From an uncultured bacterium (lineage in GTDB: Bacteria > Bacillota > Clostridia > Oscillospirales > CAG-272): a stretch of DNA of 64,000 nt. The notes under the pieces are model-generated. The model made no database searches. It had not been told where the DNA came from and saw only the letters and a program-made list of their open reading frames with translations. Each line of letters opens with the position of its first letter. Within the stretch, counting starts at the first letter, position 1. The stretch is taken from assembly GCA_945920215.1 (NCBI GenBank), contig CAMEJM010000002.1, forward strand, positions 18,760-82,759, given 5' to 3'. Shown piece after piece: positions 57,647-64,000 of this stretch. The translations under genes were made by a program, and so were the position numbers.

Positions 57647-58702
57647 ATGTATCATCATATTCGACCGGGTAAAACATGGTATGACACCGCAGGCAAGCGT
57701 ATTCAGGCGCACGGAGGCTCCATTCTGTATGTGGATGGCGTGTTCTACTGGTACGGTGAAAACAAAGAGGGAATTACCGGATATGCAACCGGCGAAAAAT
57801 GCCGGGACTGGCATCACGGCGTGCGGATGTATTCTTCGCGCGACCTCTATAACTGGGATGACTGCGGCATTATTATGGTGGATGAGGACCCGAACGGCTT
57901 GTTCTATCCCGAGAACCTCATGGACAGACCGCATATTCTGCACAACCCTAAAACCGGCAAGTTTGTGATGTGGGCGAAGTGCGCCGGCAAGAATTTTGAA
58001 ACAGGCAACTTCGGCGTTTGCATTGCCGACAAGGTCACGGGACCGTATCGTTTCCTGCACGAGGTGTATCCCGAACCGTATCATGCGGGCGACTTTGATT
58101 TGGTGGAGTTTGACGGGCGCGCTTACGTCATTTACGAGCATCCGCACACCAAGATGATTTGCCATGAGCTCACCGACGATTATACCAATGTGTCCGAGCG
58201 TGTGAGCGAGCATATTCCGCTCCCGTATCCGCCGTTGACCCGAGAGGCGCCCGCGCACTTCTTCCATGAAGGGAAGCACTATCTGCTGACCTCCGGCACG
58301 ACGGGTTATTTCCCGAACCCCTCCAAGGTGTATTCCTTTGACGATTTCCACGGAGAATGGAAGGATCTCGGCGACCCCTGCGTGGGCGACCGCGATGAAA
58401 ACTCCTTCTGCGCACAGTTCTCCTCCGTGTTCCGGCATCCCACGGTCGAGGGACTGTATATCGCCCTCGGCGACCGTTGGCTCACCGACCTCTCTCCGGA
58501 TATGCCGGATATGAGAGCGTGCTATGAACGCCTCTTCAACCCCGCGGCGGAGAAACTGCCGAAAGGCTTTAACTTCAGCGATTATTCGGATTCCAATACC
58601 TCCGAGGCGGATTACGTATGGCTGCCGATACGTTTCCGGGAGGACGGAACGCCTTTCCTTGAATGGGTCAACAAGTGGACGGTAGAGGATTTCAAAGCAT
58701 AA
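57647..58702 (+). CDS. glycoside hydrolase family 43 protein
   Basis: MYHHIRPGKTWYDTAGKRIQAHGGSILYVDGVFYWYGENK..., with five-bladed-propeller-type motifs (DRPHILHNPKTGKFVMW, REAPAHFFHEGKHYLLTSG). ATG 57647 is preferred over the track start at 57536, which overlaps the promoter. Confidence 0.8.
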   Translation: MYHHIRPGKTWYDTAGKRIQAHGGSILYVDGVFYWYGENKEGITGYATGEKCRDWHHGVRMYSSRDLYNWDDCGIIMVDEDPNGLFYPENLMDRPHILHNPKTGKFVMWAKCAGKNFETGNFGVCIADKVTGPYRFLHEVYPEPYHAGDFDLVEFDGRAYVIYEHPHTKMICHELTDDYTNVSERVSEHIPLPYPPLTREAPAHFFHEGKHYLLTSGTTGYFPNPSKVYSFDDFHGEWKDLGDPCVGDRDENSFCAQFSSVFRHPTVEGLYIALGDRWLTDLSPDMPDMRACYERLFNPAAEKLPKGFNFSDYSDSNTSEADYVWLPIRFREDGTPFLEWVNKWTVEDFKA

Positions 58703-58758
58703 TCTATCGAAATATGTCGATACTTTGAACAAAAGATGAATTTTTTTGGATTTTCTTA

Positions 58759-58787
58759 TTGACAATTTATATACGAGAGTGTATAAT
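58759..58787 (+). promoter_or_regulatory. consensus promoter (TTGACA-17-TATAAT) with no ORF behind it
   Basis: TTGACA at 58759-58764, 17-nt spacer, TATAAT at 58782-58787. Confidence 0.65.
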
Positions 58788-58793
58788 ATCATC

Positions 58794-58930
58794 AGAAAGG
58801 CACCGCGGAGATATGAAACGGATCCGGTGACAGTATCACTCGCAACCATTTGAGAGGACATTTTCTTTCTTCGTGCGTTTCCTTTCGCCCGCTCCCGCTG
58901 CATACCCCCATTGCAGCGGGGGTTTTTCTG
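58794..58930 (+). ncRNA. candidate structured RNA (riboswitch-like leader or small RNA), class not recognised
   Basis: About 135 nt between a consensus promoter and an intrinsic terminator. The enclosing helix GAAAGG+CAC (58795-58803) pairs with GTG...CCTTTC (58873-58886). Internal hairpins are CACCGCGGA/TCCGGTG, GTGA/TCAC and GAGAGGA/TTCTTTC. No plausible ORF. Confidence 0.4.
58894..58930 (+). terminator. intrinsic terminator of the candidate RNA
   Basis: 9-bp stem CCCGCTGCA/TGCAGCGGG followed by GGTTTTTCTGTT. Confidence 0.8.
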
Positions 58931-59107
58931 TTCCCGCAGCCGTTGGCAGCGGTATCGCGTCTCGTTGCTTCGGCGCGCTCCCGGAAAATACGGCGCCGCG
59001 CTGTGCTTTCCGCCCCAAGGAACTTGGGGGGTACGGCGCTCCGAAAACGGGACGGGAGGGGACAGTATGCGGGTCTGTTTTGCTCTCTTTGCAAAGAGGG
59101 GGCGCAC

Positions 59108-59136
59108 TTGACAGCCCTAATAGGGATGTGTATAAT
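59108..59136 (+). promoter_or_regulatory. promoter of the Wzz/BY-kinase gene (TTGACA-17-TATAAT)
   Basis: TTGACA at 59108-59113, 17-nt spacer, TATAAT at 59131-59136. Confidence 0.65.
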
Positions 59137-59231
59137 AAATACGTCTAAAATTTAGTATATTCTTTTTTGCGGCTGCATAGTAATCAACACGCATACCCGT
59201 TTGCAATCCGATTTGATTAAAAGGAGACTGT

Positions 59232-60500
59232 ATGGAAACAGAAGAAAAAGAAGTCAACCTCGGCATTCTCTGGACCGTATTGAAAAAAACATACGTCTGG
59301 ATACTGCTTGCCGCCATTGTGGTCGGCGCAATTGCCGGCGTGGGGACTAAGCTGTTCACAAAGAAAACCTATACTGCGAAATCAACTTTTCTGATTTCCA
59401 GCAACACGCAGACCACGGCGAACATCGCGCCGGATATGGTATATGTCGCGGGTACCGTGAACGCGACCCGATACATTCTTCAGAAAGCCGGAATTGAATA
59501 CAAGGACGAGAACGAACTGAAAAAGATCAACGCGCTTGTTACGGTCTCCCGCAAGGGCACCAACGCGCTGTTTGACGTTTCCGTTACGTCGCAAGACAAG
59601 GAAAACACCATTCCTCAGCTTGCGCAGGCGTACGAGGCATATCTGCCGGACTATATTGCCGGTACCGCTTATGCCGGGCGGAATATTTTTCTCCGCGTGG
59701 TGAGCCGGGGCAGCGAATCGATTGAAGCCAATCCGGTGCCTGTGGCGCGCAATACAGCAGTCGGCGCTGTGGTGGGCGCGGCGGCCGTGTATCTAATTTT
59801 CCTGTTTATCAAGTTGGCGGATAAAAAGGTTTACAGCGCCGAGGAACTGAAAAAGTCTTTCGCAAAGGTGCCGGTGCTGGGAGAAATCCCGGCGGATCCC
59901 ATACGGGCGGACGAAGCCTACCGCAATCTGCGCACCAACGTTTCGTTTGGGCTGATCACCTCCAAGCGCAAGTCGGTATTCGGGATTACGGGAACCAAAG
60001 AAAACGAGGGGAAGAGCACCGTCACCGCCAACCTTGCCAAGGCGTATGCCGGGCTCGGGAAAAAGGTACTTCTTCTGGAGGGCGATATGAGGGCGCCTGC
60101 CTGCGCGGCAATCCTCGGGCTTTCGACGGATAAGGGGCTTGCGGATTGTTTGGCGGAGCACAGCGAGGATCCGACACCGTATATTATTGCCGGCGTTGCG
60201 GAGAACCTCGACGTCCTGCCCGCGGGGCATACGGTGTCCAACCCGTCCGAGATGTTGGCGTCTCCCGAAATGCAAAAGCTGGTGAAGAAGCTGCGCGAGA
60301 GCTACGATTTGATTCTGGTGGATCTGCCCGCGATGGGGGCTGTCTGCGACGCAGGCGTGCTTTGCCCCTGCATCGACAATTATCTCTTTGTGGTGCGGCA
60401 GGGGTATTCCGATACCCGCGCTATCGCCGCCGCGCTCGATGAAGCGCAGCGCCTGACCATGCAGATCGGCGGTTTCGTATTCAACGACAAGCGCAAATAA
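59232..60500 (+). CDS. fused polysaccharide chain-length determinant (Wzz/CpsC-like) and CpsD/CapB-type tyrosine-kinase ATPase domain
   Basis: N-terminal half has two TM segments flanking a Wzz-like loop. C-terminal half has Walker A GTKENEGKST, A' LLLEGDMRAP and B LILVDLPA. There is no Tyr cluster at the C-terminus (..GGFVFNDKRK*). Confidence 0.8.
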   Translation: METEEKEVNLGILWTVLKKTYVWILLAAIVVGAIAGVGTKLFTKKTYTAKSTFLISSNTQTTANIAPDMVYVAGTVNATRYILQKAGIEYKDENELKKINALVTVSRKGTNALFDVSVTSQDKENTIPQLAQAYEAYLPDYIAGTAYAGRNIFLRVVSRGSESIEANPVPVARNTAVGAVVGAAAVYLIFLFIKLADKKVYSAEELKKSFAKVPVLGEIPADPIRADEAYRNLRTNVSFGLITSKRKSVFGITGTKENEGKSTVTANLAKAYAGLGKKVLLLEGDMRAPACAAILGLSTDKGLADCLAEHSEDPTPYIIAGVAENLDVLPAGHTVSNPSEMLASPEMQKLVKKLRESYDLILVDLPAMGAVCDAGVLCPCIDNYLFVVRQGYSDTRAIAAALDEAQRLTMQIGGFVFNDKRK

Positions 60501-60628
60501 TTTTACCGTAAAACAGGACAATGGAGTGCGGGCGCAGGATTGCGCCCTGAGCGTCTGTTCCCGAAGTGCAGGGAAGCGACGCGGACGCGGCTTTTCCCGC
60601 GTCAAGGACCCAAAAAAGGAGACGTGTC

Positions 60629-61627
60629 ATGAAAAAAATCAGCGTACTCGGCGCAGGTACATGGGGAATTGCATTGGCACAGGCGCTTGCAGGAGACGGG
60701 CATACCGTAACGGTTTGGTCCGCCATCCCGGCGGAGCTTGAGCAGTTGCGTCGGACGCGGGAGCACAAAAACCTCCCCGGCGTCGTACTGTCCGACGCCA
60801 TTCATTATGAGGCAGATATGAAAAAGGTCTGCCGCGGGCAGGATCTGCTGCTCTTTGCGGTGCCGTCCGTTTATCTGCGTTCCACTGTGGAGAAAGCAAA
60901 GCCTTATATCAAGGACGGTCAGTTGATTGCCGACGCCGCAAAAGGAATTGAAGGACAGACCTTGATGACTATGACCGAAGTGATCCGCGACGTGCTGGCT
61001 GACAGCGCTCCCCACTCCGCCGTAGTGGCTCTGTCCGGTCCGACGCACGCCGAGGAGGTGGCGGCGGGGCTGCCCACCGCGATTGTCTCCGCGTGCCAGG
61101 ATTTGGAGGCGGCAAGAGAAGTGCAGGACATTTTTATGAGTCCCCAGTTCCGCGTTTATGTGAACCCCGATGTGCGCGGCGTAGAGCTTTGCGGCGCGCT
61201 GAAAAACATTATTGCCCTTGCCTCCGGTATTGCGCAGGGGCTTGGCTTCGGCGATAATACAAGAGCTGCGATCATCACGCGCGGCGTGGCGGAAATGTGC
61301 CGCCTCGGTATCGCAATGGGATGTCAGGCAGAGACGTTTTCCGGACTTGCCGGCATGGGAGATTTGGTAGTCACCTGTACCTCCGTTCATTCCCGCAACA
61401 ACACCGCAGGAAACCTGATAGGGCAGGGCGTGCCCGTGGATGAGGCAATCAAGCGCGTGGGCATGGTGGTGGAAGGCGTGAACGCCTTGCAGGCGGCGCT
61501 GGATCTTGCCCGCCGTTACGGCGTGGAATTGCCGATCATCAATGCCGTGGACGCAGTGCTTTACCGCGGGGTGAAGCCGGTGGACGCGGTCAACGCTCTG
61601 ATGGGCAGAGCCAAGCGTACCGAATGA
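60629..61627 (+). CDS. gpsA: NAD(P)H-dependent glycerol-3-phosphate dehydrogenase
   Basis: ATG 60629 follows AAGGAGA; MKKISVLGAGTWGIALAQAL Rossmann motif; LKNIIALASGI. Confidence 0.93.
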   Translation: MKKISVLGAGTWGIALAQALAGDGHTVTVWSAIPAELEQLRRTREHKNLPGVVLSDAIHYEADMKKVCRGQDLLLFAVPSVYLRSTVEKAKPYIKDGQLIADAAKGIEGQTLMTMTEVIRDVLADSAPHSAVVALSGPTHAEEVAAGLPTAIVSACQDLEAAREVQDIFMSPQFRVYVNPDVRGVELCGALKNIIALASGIAQGLGFGDNTRAAIITRGVAEMCRLGIAMGCQAETFSGLAGMGDLVVTCTSVHSRNNTAGNLIGQGVPVDEAIKRVGMVVEGVNALQAALDLARRYGVELPIINAVDAVLYRGVKPVDAVNALMGRAKRTE

Positions 61628-61683
61628 TTGCAAGTGTGCGGGCGCATCCGATGAAACGGGAGCGGCGCATCACAAAGACGGAA

Positions 61684-61716
61684 AAGAAGTCCGACCATAC
61701 GGTCGGACTTCTTTTC
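61684..61716 (+). terminator. rho-independent terminator after gpsA
   Basis: Stem AAGAAGTCCGACC/GGTCGGACTTCTT with ATAC loop, then TTC. Confidence 0.85.
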
Positions 61717-61732
61717 ATTGTCTCCAATTCAA

Positions 61733-61774
61733 GCAAATAAACAGCGTGGCGCCTTGTTTTTAAGCGCCGCGCTG
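61733..61774 (-). terminator. terminator after the 250-aa membrane protein gene
   Basis: Stem CAGCGTGGCGC/GCGCCGCGCTG (one G-T wobble). The minus strand continues with TTTATTTG. Confidence 0.65.
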
Positions 61775-61793
61775 ACAAAAAGCGAACAAAACG

Positions 61794-62546
61794 TCACGCG
61801 TTGTCCGTGCCGGGGAGGGAGGTCTCTTGGGCTCCCGCGGTTTGCCTGCGTGCGGAAAACTTCGCAGTCAGGCGCCCGTAGAGAAAGATGAACAGCGCAG
61901 CCACAGCCGAAATACAGACGAAATAGGTAATCAGATACACAACGTCGCCCGCCGCGTCCTGCAACTTGCGGAGCGGGGGAATGTAGGACGTCAGCAATCC
62001 GGCGTAGTTGAAACCGGTGACGCGGGAAGCGGGAATTGCAAACGCCGCCCAGAGCGTGAGAAACGAGATGTAGCGCAGGGAGTCAAAACGCTTGACGCGG
62101 TAGTCAAGGTTGGCGAGCAGCACGAACCAAAGCAGGAGAACAAGGATATGATAGGCAAAGCTGTGGAAGTTATACCATGAATGAAAGACGTTCGCCAAGT
62201 CTCCGACCACGGAGCCGGGACTGCTCAATAGGGTGAAGATCAGCAGAAAGCCGCCGATGAACGTGGTGCATTCTCCGTAATGCTTGACCCGTCCGCGCCC
62301 GAAAATGTACATACCGAGTGTGAAATAATATGTAGTGGAGTAGTGGAAAGGAAGATAGAGAGCGGAGTAACCCGTGCGGAAAGCGATGATTTGTTTGACC
62401 AGCTCCGACAGCAGCATACAGAGCAGGATCGCACGCATGACCCATTTGCGTACGTTGGCGTTGAGCTTACGGGAAAGAAAGCCCAGACCTGCCGCCAAAG
62501 CAAGTGAAACGGGAATTGTCACATAGTGACTCGGATACCATTTCAT
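61794..62546 (-). CDS. integral membrane protein of unknown function (about 7 TM)
   Basis: 250-aa hydrophobic ORF. I am not confident of any family assignment. Confidence 0.6.
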   Translation of the reverse strand: MKWYPSHYVTIPVSLALAAGLGFLSRKLNANVRKWVMRAILLCMLLSELVKQIIAFRTGYSALYLPFHYSTTYYFTLGMYIFGRGRVKHYGECTTFIGGFLLIFTLLSSPGSVVGDLANVFHSWYNFHSFAYHILVLLLWFVLLANLDYRVKRFDSLRYISFLTLWAAFAIPASRVTGFNYAGLLTSYIPPLRKLQDAAGDVVYLITYFVCISAVAALFIFLYGRLTAKFSARRQTAGAQETSLPGTDNA

Positions 62547-62815
62547 GGGATCACCTCTGAATCAGAATAAGACGGTTTGCATGGTGAAACGCAGAAACCG
62601 CCCGATATAGCGCCTATGCGAGCCGCATAAACAAATATATTTTATCACACCGCGCAAGTGAAATCAAGGTTGCAAGGGGGCACGGCGCGAAAAAGCGCAG
62701 GTATTTCCTGCAAGAGCAGGGAAAAAACAAAAGGAAGCGGAAGAAACAGACAACGCAGGACATCACAGACGTTTTTTTCGCTTTTTCTCCATCCTTCGCT
62801 TTTTTGCCGTAACCC

Positions 62816-62844
62816 TTGCATTTAGAGGATACGTGTGGTAAAAT
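62816..62844 (+). promoter_or_regulatory. promoter of purA (TTGCAT-17-TAAAAT with TG extension)
   Basis: TTGCAT at 62816-62821, 17-nt spacer ending in TGG, TAAAAT at 62839-62844. Confidence 0.5.
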
Positions 62845-62909
62845 ACTTTTGTTGCGATAAAATGCTAATATTAAATATAACCGCGCGAACCGTCAAGGAG
62901 GAATTTGAA

Positions 62910-64000
62910 ATGGTCAGAGCAATAGTCGGCGCCAACTGGGGCGACGAGGGCAAAGGAAAAATCACGGATGTGCTGGCAGGAGAGTCGGATGTCGTCATCC
63001 GTTTCCAGGGCGGCTCCAATGCCGGGCATACCATCATCAACGAATACGGCAAAACCGCGCTTCACCAAATGCCTTCCGGCATCTTTTATCCGAATGTGAC
63101 CAACATTATCGGCAACGGGGTGGCGCTCGACATCGATAAGTTCCTCAAAGAACTTGATGTGGTGATTTCCAAGGGCGCCAAGCCCAATGTTCTGGTATCG
63201 GACCGCGTGCAGGTGGTCATGCCTTACCATGTGCTGTTCGACGTGTACGAGGAAGAACGCCTCAAGGGCGCGGCATTCGGCTCCACCAAGTCCGGTATTG
63301 CGCCGTTCTACTCGGACAAATATTCCAAAATCGGTTTCCAGCTGTGCGAGCTGATGGACGAAGATTACGCCTATAAGAAGCTGTGCCGCGTCATGGAGGT
63401 CAAGAATCTCCTGCTGACCAATCTGTATCATAAAGACCCCTTGAACGTGGACGAGCTGTTCACCACTCTGATGCGGCAGAGAGACAGCATCAAGCCCTAT
63501 GTCGGTAACGTATTCGCGTTCCTGCAACAGGCGCTCCGCGACAATAAGACCATTCTTTTAGAGGGGCAGCTCGGCTCCCTGAAGGATCCCGACCACGGCA
63601 TTTATCCGATGGTCACCTCTTCGTCCACTCTCGCGGGCTACGGCGCCATCGGCGCAGGTCTGCCTCCTTATGAAATCAAGGATATCATCGTGATTACCAA
63701 GGCGTATTCTTCCGCTGTCGGCGCGGGCGCGTTTGTCAGCGAGATACTCGATGAGGACGCTGCGCAGGAGCTGCGTCTGCGCGGAGGAGACGGCGGCGAG
63801 TTCGGCGCTACCACCGGCAGACCTCGCCGCATGGGCTGGTATGACTGTGTGGCTTCCCGCTACGGCGTGAAGGTGCAGGGCGGCACGCAGGTTGCCCTGA
63901 CCGTGGTGGACGCCCTCGGCTATCTGGATGAAATTCCCGTATGCGTGGGCTACGAAGTGGATGGCAAGGTCATTCGTGATTTCCCGACCACGCCCACCCT
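62910..64000 (+). CDS. purA: adenylosuccinate synthase (3' end beyond window)
   Basis: ATG 62910 follows AAGGAGG. Translation MVRAIVGANWGDEGKGKITDVLAGESDVVIRFQGGSNAGHT contains the GDEGKGK P-loop. The frame is open to the window end, hence absent from the ORF track. Confidence 0.93.
   Translation, partial: MVRAIVGANWGDEGKGKITDVLAGESDVVIRFQGGSNAGHTIINEYGKTALHQMPSGIFYPNVTNIIGNGVALDIDKFLKELDVVISKGAKPNVLVSDRVQVVMPYHVLFDVYEEERLKGAAFGSTKSGIAPFYSDKYSKIGFQLCELMDEDYAYKKLCRVMEVKNLLLTNLYHKDPLNVDELFTTLMRQRDSIKPYVGNVFAFLQQALRDNKTILLEGQLGSLKDPDHGIYPMVTSSSTLAGYGAIGAGLPPYEIKDIIVITKAYSSAVGAGAFVSEILDEDAAQELRLRGGDGGEFGATTGRPRRMGWYDCVASRYGVKVQGGTQVALTVVDALGYLDEIPVCVGYEVDGKVIRDFPTTPT

Noticed and set aside
58813-58830. 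Mini-ORF ATG AAA CGG ATC CGG TGA (MKRIR*) inside the candidate RNA, as a possible leader peptide.
   Set aside because: The GGAG upstream ends only 2 nt before the ATG, which is too close for a functional SD. The ORF is embedded in the predicted P2 helix. There is no supporting feature.
58850-59155. Several overlapping 60-101-aa ORFs on both strands in the 58.8-59.15 kb intergenic region.
   Set aside because: They are mutually exclusive frames in GC-rich DNA, with no RBS and compositionally biased translations (Arg/Ala/Pro/Gly). They also span a terminator and a promoter.

Overview
This is a 64-kb chromosomal window from a high-GC Firmicute. By inference only, it looks like a spore-forming Clostridia / Oscillospiraceae-type organism, with about 58-62% GC in most genes. 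About 90% of the window is core housekeeping. Gene content, in order:
- pheST, a metallophosphoesterase, topoisomerase III, a HAD hydrolase, ackA, rhaD, a domain-permuted GH3 glycosidase, a SipL/SpoVID-like LysM spore-coat morphogenesis gene, and polA.
- The complete S10-spc-alpha ribosomal protein supercluster (rpsJ through rplQ, 31 genes including secY, adk, map, infA, rpoA; 18.3-34.0 kb).
- A PerR-controlled oxidative-stress operon.
- A Re-citrate synthase / GntR / aconitase / isocitrate dehydrogenase cluster.
- An AEC transporter, aroK and an mglBAC-type sugar ABC transporter.
- A complete agmatine deiminase pathway cluster (ptcA-aguD-aguA-arcC).
- An ECF S-component paired with a PdxR/MocR-like regulator.
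- GH43, a fused Wzz/BY-kinase, gpsA, a membrane protein and purA.

The only clearly accessory segment is a roughly 3.5-kb low-GC patch (about 53.8-57.3 kb) that abuts the 3' end of tRNA-Trp. It carries:
- a MATE transporter fused to a cytidylate-kinase-like domain;
- a translationally coupled trio (four-helix-bundle protein, 36-aa peptide, 2-TM protein);
- an unusual array of eight GAAATC/GATTTC cores with adjoining mini-hairpins.

Other points worth a second look:
- an orphan promoter / structured RNA / terminator unit at 58.76-58.93 kb;
- a flavin-reductase-rubredoxin-rubrerythrin triple fusion;
- a Cys4 extension on ribosomal protein L24;
- four tandem hairpins inside the rpsJ-rplC spacer.

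I found no CRISPR array, transposase, integrase or rRNA. All calls come from reading the sequence and the supplied ORF track. No database search or folding program was run, and hairpin and promoter coordinates were counted by hand.
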